DNA from: Candidatus Hodarchaeota archaeon
GTDB taxonomy: Archaea > Asgardarchaeota > Heimdallarchaeia > Hodarchaeales > Hodarchaeaceae
NCBI GenBank assembly: GCA_016839815.1
Contig: JAEOTM010000047.1
Location: 47,620-111,619, forward strand
Reading direction: 5' to 3'
DNA: 64,000 nt
Within the stretch, counting starts at the first letter, position 1. Each line of letters opens with the position of its first letter. The position numbers and the translations under genes were made by a program. Under the pieces are notes generated by a model. That model saw only the letters and a list, made by a program, of their open reading frames with translations. It had not been told where the DNA came from and did no database searches. Shown piece by piece: positions 38,577-49,096 of this stretch.

Positions 38577-40100
38577 ATGCCAGAATACAAAGTTGTAACA
38601 TCCGATATTGATCCAAAAGACGCTGTTCTAGTTTCTCCGGAAAATAATCAACAAATAGTTACTCAAGCAAAATTTACTCTAGCTTTTAAAGGAGCAGAAG
38701 AAAAAGTTGGTCAGGTTTTCAAGTTAAAATGCTTCTTAGAAGAAGATGAAATTGGTTTGTCTCAGGTGATGATGAATAAGCTTGGAATAACAGAAGGAGA
38801 AAAAGTACGTCTGCAATCAATTGGACGGACAATCTCCAGAAGCTTTCCTCTAATTAAACAACGAATAACTCAACCTGGAAGAATGTTCACTAAAAACGAA
38901 ATAGATCAAATAATCAGCGATATTACTCTCGACAACATGACCCCACTTGAAGAATCGGTTTTTCTAACCTCTCAGATGCTTCAAGAATGGAGTATTGGAG
39001 AAATTGAATGTTTAACCAACGCAATAGCTCATTCAGGGCAAATGATCAATTGGGGAGATACAGTTATCTTTGATAAGCACTCTCTTGGTGGGGTTCCAGG
39101 TAACAAGGTAACTCTTTTAGTTGTTCCTATAATTGCTGCAGCTGGATTAACTATTCCTAAAACTTCGTCACGAGCTATTACCAGTCCTTCAGGTACAGCT
39201 GATACCATGGAAGCTCTTGGATGTAAAATTGAATTTACTATTGATGAAATGGTTGACATTGCTCACAATATTGGGGGACTTATTGCTTGGACAGGTGGTT
39301 TAAACATTGTTCCTGCTGATGAGAAAATAATTCGTGATGTTCAATATCCTTTAGGTATTGATCCCGAACCAATGATGATGGCTTCAGTGATCTCCAAGAA
39401 AGTTGCGATGGGAGTTAAGTTCCTTGTTTTAGATATTCCAACGGGATATGGTACTAAGGTTGCTAGTTTAGATGATGGTAAACGGATTGCTCATCGATTT
39501 GCAGAGTTAGGACGGTTACTTGGAATACGAATTGAAAGTGGAATAACTTACGGTAGCTCACCTGTCGGTAATGCCATTGGACCTGGATTAGAGGCTAGAG
39601 AAGCATTGACTAGCTTGATGAATCCCTTAGAAGCTCCACATTCCTTAGTAGGGAAAAGTACCTCACTAGCAGGTATTCTTTTGGAAATGGCTGGTAAAGC
39701 TATTGCTGGTGCAGGTCAAGAAATGGCATATGAGATTTTGAACTCTGGCCAGGCCTATCAGAAATTCCAAGAAATTCTTGAAGCACAGAATGCGGAACCT
39801 GACTTAAAACCAGAAAACATTGAAGTTGGGTCAGCAACATATGACTATCTAGCTCCTCAAAGCGGTTATGTTGTAGAAATCAATAATAAAGTAATCGTTC
39901 GGGCTGCTCGAGCAGCTGGAGCTCCTATGGACAAACGTGCTGGTGTGTACTTCCATAAAAAGAAAGATTCTGTGAAACGTGGAGAACCCTTATTTACTTT
40001 GCACGCTCCTTCAGAAAAAAAGTTATCAGCTGCTCAAGCTGAATTAACTAAAGGAGATTTACCTGTTACTATTGAAGGTATGCTTCTAGCACGTGAATGA
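38577..40100 (+). CDS. deoA: AMP phosphorylase (archaeal thymidine phosphorylase family)
   Basis: DKHSLGGVPGNK, IPKTSSRAITSPSGTADTME, ASVISKK, LDIPTG, ARAAGAP. Start at ATG 38577 after a GGTGA RBS. Confidence 0.92.
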   Translation: MPEYKVVTSDIDPKDAVLVSPENNQQIVTQAKFTLAFKGAEEKVGQVFKLKCFLEEDEIGLSQVMMNKLGITEGEKVRLQSIGRTISRSFPLIKQRITQPGRMFTKNEIDQIISDITLDNMTPLEESVFLTSQMLQEWSIGEIECLTNAIAHSGQMINWGDTVIFDKHSLGGVPGNKVTLLVVPIIAAAGLTIPKTSSRAITSPSGTADTMEALGCKIEFTIDEMVDIAHNIGGLIAWTGGLNIVPADEKIIRDVQYPLGIDPEPMMMASVISKKVAMGVKFLVLDIPTGYGTKVASLDDGKRIAHRFAELGRLLGIRIESGITYGSSPVGNAIGPGLEAREALTSLMNPLEAPHSLVGKSTSLAGILLEMAGKAIAGAGQEMAYEILNSGQAYQKFQEILEAQNAEPDLKPENIEVGSATYDYLAPQSGYVVEINNKVIVRAARAAGAPMDKRAGVYFHKKKDSVKRGEPLFTLHAPSEKKLSAAQAELTKGDLPVTIEGMLLARE

Positions 40101-40516
40101 TGATAATTACGAAAATGAAACCATCGGCATCCCTTCCTCTTGATCTTCTATCCACATTCGTAGATTATTGTAACTCGATAACTGATTCCACTGTTATTGT
40201 TGTCGAAGGGAACCGAGATATCGAAGCATTAAGATCAATTGGTTTAAATTTAACAAGTGGAAAAATACTAGCAAAAAAGGGATTATCTCTAGCCCAAACC
40301 GTTGACCAAATCTATAAATTTCCTGTGATAATTTTACTTCTTGATTTTGATAAAGCAGGAGCTCGTATACGGGGAAAATTAAAACAGGAAATTCAAAAAC
40401 GCAAAGGTCATGGACTTATTGATTCTTTCCCAAGGCAATTACTGTATAAATTTTGTCGTGCCGCTCGTATAAACGAAATCGAAGAAATTAAACAATTTTC
40501 AGATTTAATTCTCTAA
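40097..40516 (+). CDS. Small Toprim-domain protein (UPF0292-like)
   Basis: IVVEGNRDIEAL, LLLDFDKAG. Confidence 0.85.
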   Translation: MMIITKMKPSASLPLDLLSTFVDYCNSITDSTVIVVEGNRDIEALRSIGLNLTSGKILAKKGLSLAQTVDQIYKFPVIILLLDFDKAGARIRGKLKQEIQKRKGHGLIDSFPRQLLYKFCRAARINEIEEIKQFSDLIL

Positions 40517-40606
40517 ATTCAGAAATATTGGGACATAAATATATTGAAAAACAACACTGATTAAGAGTAATATCTACAGGTGATCGTGTTATTAGGAGAA
40601 TAACAC

Positions 40607-41455
40607 ATGAAAATCGGGGATTCTTCAGGATTAAAAAATGAAAAACTCTTTTTTCCTAGGCGCACAACCATTGCGAGTTTTCCTGGTGGAAAAAGTGATG
40701 TAAAAAAGCACCTTCCACTTTATTCATCGATCCCCATAAAAGTAGACTATTTAGTTGAACCTTTTGCAGGTTTAGCTAATGTCTTCATTTCAATATCCCC
40801 AAGAGTTTCGCGAGTATGGTTAAATGATAAAGATCCTGAAATTTATTCACTTCTCCATTGCATCAATGATTCTTCATTACTCCCCCAGCTCATAGAATAT
40901 ATTAAATCGTTGGAGCCCATTGATAAAGCTGATTATTATCATTGGAAAGAGTCTAATCCCTCTGAACTGTTAGAACGTGCAGTCAGAAGATTAGTCATAC
41001 TCAATTGTTCTCCCAATGGAGCTGGAGGAGGATATAGTAGGGAAAAAGCTCATCGGAAATGGTACCAAAACAAACCCAAACTTTGGTTTACAATTCAGCA
41101 GATTTTTCATAAAAAATATGTACGGATTACTAATCTTGATTATGAAGAAATTCTAAATTCTTTCTCTCATGTTGAGCATGAGAAGAAATATTTTCTCTAT
41201 TTAGACCCCCCATATTATGATGTGGCACAAAAAGGCTCTTTATATGGCAAAAAATTCAATCTTATTGATTTAAAGGAATTGAAATCGTTGTTAGCTCCTC
41301 TTTCGATTCACTGGTTATTATCAAATCGGGATACTCCTAGGGTCAGAGAGATCTTTAGAGAATTTCACTTATTTGGATATAATACCTATAATGATATGAA
41401 TAATACGAAAAGTAATAATCCTGAACTTCTCATTAGTAATCGTCCTTTTGAATAA
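40607..41455 (+). CDS. DNA adenine methyltransferase (Dam/D12 class), orphan
   Basis: FPGGKS, VEPFAG, NDKD, YLDPPY, WLLSN, ELLISN. Confidence 0.88.
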   Translation: MKIGDSSGLKNEKLFFPRRTTIASFPGGKSDVKKHLPLYSSIPIKVDYLVEPFAGLANVFISISPRVSRVWLNDKDPEIYSLLHCINDSSLLPQLIEYIKSLEPIDKADYYHWKESNPSELLERAVRRLVILNCSPNGAGGGYSREKAHRKWYQNKPKLWFTIQQIFHKKYVRITNLDYEEILNSFSHVEHEKKYFLYLDPPYYDVAQKGSLYGKKFNLIDLKELKSLLAPLSIHWLLSNRDTPRVREIFREFHLFGYNTYNDMNNTKSNNPELLISNRPFE

Positions 41456-41480
41456 AATATCAAATGTTTATTGCTACGCA

Positions 41481-41879
41481 TTAAGATTCTGATTTTCTAA
41501 AACCACAGGCAGGACATGTATGTGTTCCGTAATCCAACATAAGACTGCAATTTTCACAGGGGGTTGATTCTCCTATTACTTCAAGAGTTCCCACCTCTAA
41601 GAATCCACATTTGGAACATTTTACTGTCCCTTTCTGAAAATTTGCGCCACATTTTGGACAATATTCATCCTCTAAACCTGGTAGTTTATATGGTCTCCCA
41701 TATTTTCTCATGTTTTCCAACCCCTTTTTATCAGCATATTGCTCTGTATATCCACATTCCAGACAAGTTAATGCATTTATTGTAGAAGTCCTCAGATTTA
41801 ATAAATGCACTCTATCAATAATATGGGGACCACTAATTTCAGTATTTCCACAAATCGGACATTTTTGAGTAAATCGCAT
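41481..41879 (-). CDS. Multi zinc-ribbon protein
   Basis: CPICG..CLECGYTEQY, then CPKCG/CSKCG and CENC/CPACG. Confidence 0.75.
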   Translation of the reverse strand: MRFTQKCPICGNTEISGPHIIDRVHLLNLRTSTINALTCLECGYTEQYADKKGLENMRKYGRPYKLPGLEDEYCPKCGANFQKGTVKCSKCGFLEVGTLEVIGESTPCENCSLMLDYGTHTCPACGFRKSES

Positions 41880-42107
41880 AACCGATCGTGATTCAAAGGT
41901 TTTAATAAGATTATTTATGCAGGAAGAAGTCTTGGATTGTCAGAGAATTACGATTCTAATCCTTTCTACCTCAAATTGGACAATCATTCTTAAGCATGCA
42001 GGATGCTTTAGATGAGCTTTTCGATATACAAGGGACGGAGCAAGAAAGTTCAAAATTACTCTTCCGTTTATCCTTGATAAGTTGAACAAAAGGAGTATGA
42101 CGAGATT

Positions 42108-43181
42108 ATGCAAGCTATAATGAAAACTAGTGAAGCAAAAGGGTTTGAAATTCGTGAGGTCCCTGAACCAGCTATTAAACATAACGAGGTCAAATTAAAA
42201 ATCGATGTTGCTTCAATATGCGGCACAGATCATCACATGTGGGTGTATGACCTATGGGCACAAAATAGATTACCCCCTGCTATTCCTTTTATTGCTGGCC
42301 ATGAGGCCGGTTTAGAGGTCGTGGACATCGGAAAAGACGTTAAAAACCTACAGATCGGGGATAAGGTGTCTATGGAATGTCATGCAGCCTGTGGTACCTG
42401 TTATCAATGCAGAAGTGATCGGATGCATATTTGTGCCAATACCAAAATTTTTGGTGTGGATAAAGATGGTATTTTTGCAGAATATGCAGTTATTCCTGAA
42501 CTAAATGCAATAAAGAACGATGATAACCTTGATCCAGCCATAGCATCTCTTCAAGACCCTTTGGGCAACGCTGTACATACCATTCTTCCTAAAGATAATA
42601 TTGAAGATATTGCAGGAAAAAATGTCCTCATTACAGGGGCTGGCCCAATCGGTTTGATGGCTATTCCTGTTGTAAAAATGCTTGGTGCAGGACAAGTATT
42701 TGTAACGGCTGGCGGGAATAATTTGTTAAGATTGGAAACTGCAAAAAAACTTGGTGCTGATATGGTCCTTAATGCCCGAGAAGAGGGAGATACAATACCT
42801 AAAATCATTAAAGATGCGACTGATGGAATTGGAGTTGATGTTCTCCTCGAGATGGCTGGAAATATTTATGCTCTCAAGCATGGTTTAGAAGCTTTGACCT
42901 ATGGTGGTCGTGTTTCATTATTAGGATTCTTTCCAGGTTCTATTGAATTTGATATTAATTCTTTAATGATTAGTAAAGGGACATCTGTGTTTGGAATTGC
43001 CGGTCGTCGTATGTTTCAGACTTGGCAAGTGATGAAAGGACTGTTGAAGTCAAAAGACTTGCAATCAAAACTTAAGGATAATATTATTACGCACCGAGTA
43101 AATATGAGTGACTGGGAAAAAGGGATGACGGAAATTCATGAGAAACGTGCAATTAAAGTCGTAATGGATCCATTCAATTGA
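42108..43181 (+). CDS. tdh: L-threonine 3-dehydrogenase, Zn-dependent MDR type
   Basis: SICGTDHH..YDLWAQ, GHE, CGTCYQCR, QDPLGNAVHT, ITGAGPIG, GIAGRRMFQTW. Confidence 0.9.
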   Translation: MQAIMKTSEAKGFEIREVPEPAIKHNEVKLKIDVASICGTDHHMWVYDLWAQNRLPPAIPFIAGHEAGLEVVDIGKDVKNLQIGDKVSMECHAACGTCYQCRSDRMHICANTKIFGVDKDGIFAEYAVIPELNAIKNDDNLDPAIASLQDPLGNAVHTILPKDNIEDIAGKNVLITGAGPIGLMAIPVVKMLGAGQVFVTAGGNNLLRLETAKKLGADMVLNAREEGDTIPKIIKDATDGIGVDVLLEMAGNIYALKHGLEALTYGGRVSLLGFFPGSIEFDINSLMISKGTSVFGIAGRRMFQTWQVMKGLLKSKDLQSKLKDNIITHRVNMSDWEKGMTEIHEKRAIKVVMDPFN

Positions 43182-44158
43182 ACATGGGAATGCTTATGAA
43201 GAATATACTTGTTACAGGGGCTGCAGGACAGATAGGAACTGAATTAGTAACTTCTTTACGTCAACGGTATGGTAAAAATGCCATAGTAATTGCTACAGGC
43301 CGACGTACGCAACTTCCAGCCTATATCAAAAACACTGGTCCCTTTTCTTATCTCAATGTCCTAGATCGAAATCAGTTAGAAGAACTTGCATTTGAGAACA
43401 ATATTGACACAATTTACCATATGGCTTCTATTTTGAGTGCTGTTGGGGAGCAGAAACCCCAATTAGCGTGGGATATCAATATGAATGGACTGTACAATGT
43501 CTTGGAAGTAGCACGCACGTATAACATTAGTGTATTGTGGCCATCATCCATTGCAGTATTTGGTCCTGATACTCCTAAATTAAATACTCCAAATGACACG
43601 ATCTTGAAACCTACAACAATATATGGTATTTCAAAAGTTGCTGGAGAACTTCTTGCTGAATATTACTTTCATAAATTCTCCGTAGATGTCCGATCAGTAC
43701 GCTATCCTGGAATAATTAGCAGTGAAACCCCTCCAGGTGGAGGAACGACTGATTATGCCGTAGCCATTTATTATGACGCGGTTCAAAAAGGATCATACAC
43801 CTGTTTTGTTAGGGAAGACACTACTTTGCCTATGATATATATGCCTGATGCTATTAAAGGCTTGATTGATCTAGCAGAAGCAGATAATGCTCAATTAACA
43901 CACCGAATCTTTAATATAGGTTCGATGAGTTTTAGCGCGGGTAAGCTTGCCGATTCAATAAAAGAACTAATTCCTGACTTTACTATTCAATATAAACCCG
44001 ATTTTCGGCAAGAAATTGCTGATTCATGGCCTCAATCAGTTGATGATTCTTTTGCTCGTAGTGAATGGAAGTGGGATCCTAAATATGATTTACCAAAGAT
44101 GACCCGGGATATGATAGATCGGTTGCAAAAGAAATTCAATAAAGAGGAGAACTTCTAA
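43178..44158 (+). CDS. SDR/GalE-like L-threonine 3-dehydrogenase (NAD-dependent epimerase family)
   Basis: GAAGQIG, ILSAVGE, PSSIAVFG, YGISK, RYPGIIS, PGGGTTDYAV, RQEIADSWP. Confidence 0.85.
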   Translation: MNMGMLMKNILVTGAAGQIGTELVTSLRQRYGKNAIVIATGRRTQLPAYIKNTGPFSYLNVLDRNQLEELAFENNIDTIYHMASILSAVGEQKPQLAWDINMNGLYNVLEVARTYNISVLWPSSIAVFGPDTPKLNTPNDTILKPTTIYGISKVAGELLAEYYFHKFSVDVRSVRYPGIISSETPPGGGTTDYAVAIYYDAVQKGSYTCFVREDTTLPMIYMPDAIKGLIDLAEADNAQLTHRIFNIGSMSFSAGKLADSIKELIPDFTIQYKPDFRQEIADSWPQSVDDSFARSEWKWDPKYDLPKMTRDMIDRLQKKFNKEENF

Positions 44159-44451
44159 CGTCCGAAAATCCGATCAATCCATCTTTTCTTCTTAAAATGC
44201 TTATGCCATTGCCGTAGTATTTCATCCGCACAATCATACGGTCCTGTAAGAGCATAAAAATCAATACCAACATTGACAGCTACCTTATGTAGGAATTGAC
44301 GATCAATTTGTGCCTCTGTAATATGAATCGTTTTTATTCTTGTTATTGCTTGATAGAAAATGAGTTCGTATCCAGTCTCTATTCTTTTCATTTCACAAAA
44401 ATAATTTTGACTTGATGGTAGCTGAAAGCGAATTTTCTCATCCGAAACCAA
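44155..44451 (-). CDS. Hypothetical protein
   Basis: 98-aa ORF filling the gap, convergent with and overlapping the previous stop. Confidence 0.5.
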   Translation of the reverse strand: MVSDEKIRFQLPSSQNYFCEMKRIETGYELIFYQAITRIKTIHITEAQIDRQFLHKVAVNVGIDFYALTGPYDCADEILRQWHKHFKKKRWIDRIFGR

Positions 44452-44595
44452 TTGAATCCCATATTAGATTTCTTTTTTCTTCTTATAACATTTTCTTTTT
44501 GATTATGAAAACTAGTTTTACTTACAACTCCTGACAGATATGCTCTTTATTCAGTTAACACTTGATAAAAATTGAAAAAGAAAGGAATGGATTAA

Positions 44596-46053
44596 TTATA
44601 CATCCTTCTGTTCCCTTCCTTCCATTAATGGATACTTCCGAAATACAATAGCTCCAAGGATAAGAATAATGCCTGCCACTGGCCCAACCAATAATAAACC
44701 TACTGGGCCTGTATTTAACAATCCAGATTCGGTTGTAAATGTTGAAGACAAGTATTCTCGTCCAAATAATGTAAGTAGAATTCCTAACATCAAATCTCCA
44801 GCTGCAGCAAAAAACCAGTCTACAACACCCTGTGCAGCAAAATACATAGATTCTCTACGTTGACCTGTTCGTTTTTCATCGAAGTCGATTACATCAGAGA
44901 AAACAGAATATCCCAATACCATAACACCACCAACAGGAATTCCTACTACCAGTATAGTTAGAAAGGCCTGAACAAGCGTAAAATTTTTCCATGCAGTGCT
45001 TGTTACCGCTTGAAGCGTATCATCAGCAGTCATTGTAAACGAAACAGAGTTTTCTGGTGTGATAAAAGGTACCTGACCGATAAAAATCAGAAGCCATGTC
45101 AATATCCCAAATGATAAACAACAGTAGTAATATAGTTTAGCCTTCCCAATCCGTCTTGAAAGCATTGTAATGATTGGAATGGATAGAATAGCGGAAACAA
45201 CAAAGATTCCAGAAATTAAAGATACAAGAAGATCATCTGGAGCTAATCCAATATAATCCTGAGCAATCATCGGTAGAGCAGCAAGAAGCATAGATTCAGC
45301 TAGCATTAGAGTGCTTACTGTAGCTAAGTAGCTGGGAAAAAAACTTTTATTCTTAAATGTCTCCTTGAAAGATTCTATCATGCTTAAATGAGCTGTTGCT
45401 ATATTTGGATTCTCTTGCACTCCGAAAAACACAACTGCCATTCCTATGAACGTTAGGATTGCAATTGGGAGTGTAGCATAAAAAGCGGTTATTTTAGTCT
45501 CCCCATAAGTATCAACAAAAATACCACGTAGTATAGGAAAACTCATTATACCTAGAATTGTTCCTACAAGAACAAAAAATGTTCGATAGGAATTATACAA
45601 CGTTCGTTGGTGATCCTCTGGTGCTATTTCAGGTAGAAGGGCTAGATAAGGATTAACAACCGCTGCATTTGTCCAACGGAATCCTCCATAGGTGATAAGA
45701 AGCCAAACTAAAATCATGAATGTATCTTCAAAAGGACATGCAAATGTTAAAACAAAGAAAAACACCCAGATTGGTGTAAGAAGAAAGAAAGGCCTTCGTC
45801 GACCAAATCTTGTTCGTACATTATCTGAAAATCTAGCAATAGGAACGTTAATTAAACCTTCACTAAGCTTTGCGGTGAAAGTAACTGTAGTAACAAATAA
45901 GGCGTCGAAATCAGAGGGAGTCACCAGCACTTCCCCTAAATAAAAGGCAATAATGAATACATTTAAGACATTCGACATGATAGAACTACCAAAATTACCA
46001 AATGCCCAAAACCCGCCTTGGTATCGTCGAGGTTTATATTCTGTAACAGTCAT
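44596..46053 (-). CDS. MFS transporter, GPH (glycoside-pentoside-hexuronide) family
   Basis: FSDNVRTRFGRRRPF, PYLALLPE, SDVIDFDEKRTGQRRESMYF. Confidence 0.9.
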   Translation of the reverse strand: MTVTEYKPRRYQGGFWAFGNFGSSIMSNVLNVFIIAFYLGEVLVTPSDFDALFVTTVTFTAKLSEGLINVPIARFSDNVRTRFGRRRPFFLLTPIWVFFFVLTFACPFEDTFMILVWLLITYGGFRWTNAAVVNPYLALLPEIAPEDHQRTLYNSYRTFFVLVGTILGIMSFPILRGIFVDTYGETKITAFYATLPIAILTFIGMAVVFFGVQENPNIATAHLSMIESFKETFKNKSFFPSYLATVSTLMLAESMLLAALPMIAQDYIGLAPDDLLVSLISGIFVVSAILSIPIITMLSRRIGKAKLYYYCCLSFGILTWLLIFIGQVPFITPENSVSFTMTADDTLQAVTSTAWKNFTLVQAFLTILVVGIPVGGVMVLGYSVFSDVIDFDEKRTGQRRESMYFAAQGVVDWFFAAAGDLMLGILLTLFGREYLSSTFTTESGLLNTGPVGLLLVGPVAGIILILGAIVFRKYPLMEGREQKDV

Positions 46054-46270
46054 TTGTGATTCACCAGAGTTTTATTAGAGTAAATACTTGACTTACTCGA
46101 ACCAGTTATATAAATTTTCATCCTTTCAATGATTTCGATAATTACTATTCATTTGATACCTAAATCATGAAATAGGGAATAAAAAAGCCTTTAACTTCCC
46201 ACTAACTATTCTCATTGTGATATACTCACGATAAGACTAATAATCTTCTTTAAGTTCTAACTTTGTATAA

Positions 46271-46816
46271 ATGAAGTTTCAACAAATAATCTCCTTATTC
46301 AAAACCTGTGAAATTAATGGAGGTATATGGATCGATGCTGGTTGTGGAAATGGGACTTTTACGTTTCCCTTAGCTACCTTTGTTGACCAAGTTATTGCAA
46401 TTGATAAAAATCATAACAATCTAAGCTATTTAGAGTCTAGAAAATCGACAGAGAAGAATATTATAACCCGACATACTGATTTTAATAAACCTAATTGGTA
46501 TCATCTGTTAGTAGATGGAATTTTCTTCGGTTTTTCACTACATTATCATCCTAATCATAAGATTGCACTATCTAATGCATTTAACCAGTTAAAAAAAGGT
46601 GGAACGATTCTTATTATTGATTATGCCTCAGGAACTCCTGTATCATGGGTTCCTTATCCTTTACCTGAAGAGAAACTTCGTTCCATATTAAAAGATTTAT
46701 CTTTTATAAATATTAAGCTAGTAGATTCACTTCCATCAAAAAGAAGGAGTAGTTATTGGGATAATTCTTCGTATGTTCTAAAAGCAGAAAACCATGATTT
46801 AAAACTAATGCAATAG
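46271..46816 (+). CDS. Class I SAM-dependent methyltransferase
   Basis: IDAGCGNG, AIDK, SLHY, LKKGG. Confidence 0.85.
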   Translation: MKFQQIISLFKTCEINGGIWIDAGCGNGTFTFPLATFVDQVIAIDKNHNNLSYLESRKSTEKNIITRHTDFNKPNWYHLLVDGIFFGFSLHYHPNHKIALSNAFNQLKKGGTILIIDYASGTPVSWVPYPLPEEKLRSILKDLSFINIKLVDSLPSKRRSSYWDNSSYVLKAENHDLKLMQ

Positions 46817-46961
46817 AATTAACCAAATAGACTACAATTTAATAGACTACTTTTTATGATAGATTAAATTATTATCATTACTTGAAAATATATACAAATA
46901 TCCTTTTTGTGGAAACACCAAGCTCTAAAATATTTATTTATTATGTACTGGAGATAGAACT

Positions 46962-49079
46962 ATGAGTAGACTTCCTGATCGCATTAAAGAGTTACAAGAC
47001 TTAGCTGAAAATCTGATCTGGGTTTGGAAACCTAAAGCTCGTGAAATATTTAAAATTCTGGATCATCCTGCTTGGCATTCCACAGGACATAATCCTGTCC
47101 ATATGTTACAGATTATTCCACAGGAACGACTTGATGCTGCTGCGACTGACCCATCATTTCTAAAAAAATACGATTCCATGATCCACAATTACCATTCTAT
47201 CTTAGAAACACAAGATACATGGTTTTCAAAGGAGTTTCCTGAATACAAAGGAAAAATTGCTTATCTTTCCACTGAATATGGATTACATCAGTCACTACCA
47301 ATATATTCAGGCGGTCTAGGGATTCTGAGTGGTGATCATGTTAAGGAGAGTAGTGATTTAGGATTACCCTTTGTGGGTGTAGGTTTCGTTTACCCTCAAG
47401 GTTATTTTAAACAAAGAATTCCAAGAAATGGGTGGCAACAAGCAGAATATGAGAATATTGACTTTTCTAAATCGCCGATAAAACCAGTCCAAGCGAATGG
47501 TGACTCTCAACTTACAATTGAACTCCAATATCCAACCTCTCTCTTCTTACGCGTGTGGAGTATGAACGTAGGTCGAACTCCGATTTATCTTATGGATACA
47601 GATATAGAGCAGAATCAACCTTGGGATCGAGGATTGTCAGCTCGTTTGTATGGGGGAGACAGAGAAATGCGTATCAGACAGGAAATTGTCTTAGGATTTG
47701 GGGCTTTGAAAATCCTTTCCCATTTAGGCCATAATCCTGACGTGTATCATCTTAATGAAGGCCATACATCTTTTTCAGCCTTAGAACTACTACGACAAGA
47801 AATGCTTGGCAATGGATTGTCATTTGATGAAGCTAAGGAAGATGTTAGAAAAAAAGTAGTATTTACAACTCACACACCAGTTGCTGCTGGTCATGATCAA
47901 TTTTCTTTTGAGCTTGTATCTAAATACTTCCAGAATTTCTGGGAAAGTTTAGGAATAAGTCGAGAGGATTTCTTATCTCTTGGTGCATTCGACTGGGGCT
48001 ATGGAGATGGTCCACGGTTTAATATGACTACATTGGGAATCCGTTTAAGTCGTTATCAAAACGCCGTTTCCAAGCTAAACGGGGAAGTTAGTCAAGAAAT
48101 GTGGAAAGATCTTTACTCCAGTCCAGAATTTCGAGACCGTTCTCCTTTAGCGTATGTAACCAATGGTGTACATGTTCCTACATGGGTAAGTGGACCTTTT
48201 CAAAATCTTTACACAAAATATTTGGGGAAGAATTGGCTCCGTCAACAAGATGATCATGATATCTGGGAAAAAATTGATAATATTCCTAATGTAGAATTAT
48301 GGAACACCCGTCAAGAAGCTCGTAAACGGATGTTTTCATTTCTTCGCGAAAAAACTCGTGCACATCGTATTCAAGGTGACCGTGATTCACGGCTGACTCT
48401 TGCTGCAGGAGCATTACTTGATCCAGAAGCTTTAACAATCGGATTCGCACGACGATTTGCCACTTATAAACGGGCGGGATTGATTTTCCAAAATATCGAG
48501 CGAATTAAAGCGAACTTACTTGACCCCTATACTCCAGTTCAAATCATTTTTGCGGGAAAAGCGCATCCTCAAGATGATGCAGGGAAACATGTGTTACAGA
48601 AGATCTTTCAAAAAGTCGTTTCTGGAGAATATGGAGGTCGTATTGCATTTATTGAAGATTATGACATGCAAATGGGTAGATACCTTGTACAGGGATGTGA
48701 TGTTTGGCTTAATAATCCGGAAAAACCAATGGAAGCATCTGGTACCTCCGGTATGAAAGCAGCGATCAATGGAGTGGTGAATTTCTCGATTTTAGATGGA
48801 TGGTGGCCAGAGGCATATACGGGTGGAAATGGATATGTTATTGGGGGCCAAGAATTTTCCAACTATGATGAACAGAATCAATATGATGCTGATAGTCTGT
48901 ATAAAATATTAGAAACGGAAATTCGACCGCTTTTCTATAGACGTAATCGTGAGAATATTCCCCTAGAATGGTGTGAAGTAATCAAGAATTCTATTAAGAC
49001 TGTTACTCCTCAATTCTCAGCCAGAAGAATGCTCAAAGAATATGTTCAAAACGCTTATTCACCAAAAAAGAAAGATTAG
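46962..49079 (+). CDS. glgP: Alpha-glucan (glycogen/maltodextrin) phosphorylase
   Basis: YSGGLGILSGDH, HLNEGH, FTTHTPV, VTNGVH, FARRFATYKRA, EASGTSGMKA. Confidence 0.95.
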   Translation: MSRLPDRIKELQDLAENLIWVWKPKAREIFKILDHPAWHSTGHNPVHMLQIIPQERLDAAATDPSFLKKYDSMIHNYHSILETQDTWFSKEFPEYKGKIAYLSTEYGLHQSLPIYSGGLGILSGDHVKESSDLGLPFVGVGFVYPQGYFKQRIPRNGWQQAEYENIDFSKSPIKPVQANGDSQLTIELQYPTSLFLRVWSMNVGRTPIYLMDTDIEQNQPWDRGLSARLYGGDREMRIRQEIVLGFGALKILSHLGHNPDVYHLNEGHTSFSALELLRQEMLGNGLSFDEAKEDVRKKVVFTTHTPVAAGHDQFSFELVSKYFQNFWESLGISREDFLSLGAFDWGYGDGPRFNMTTLGIRLSRYQNAVSKLNGEVSQEMWKDLYSSPEFRDRSPLAYVTNGVHVPTWVSGPFQNLYTKYLGKNWLRQQDDHDIWEKIDNIPNVELWNTRQEARKRMFSFLREKTRAHRIQGDRDSRLTLAAGALLDPEALTIGFARRFATYKRAGLIFQNIERIKANLLDPYTPVQIIFAGKAHPQDDAGKHVLQKIFQKVVSGEYGGRIAFIEDYDMQMGRYLVQGCDVWLNNPEKPMEASGTSGMKAAINGVVNFSILDGWWPEAYTGGNGYVIGGQEFSNYDEQNQYDADSLYKILETEIRPLFYRRNRENIPLEWCEVIKNSIKTVTPQFSARRMLKEYVQNAYSPKKKD

Positions 49080-49096
49080 GTACGTTATAAGATCCT

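Noticed and set aside
40607-41879. Type II restriction-modification pair
   Set aside because: The convergent neighbour is a small zinc-ribbon protein without PD-(D/E)xK or HNH motifs.
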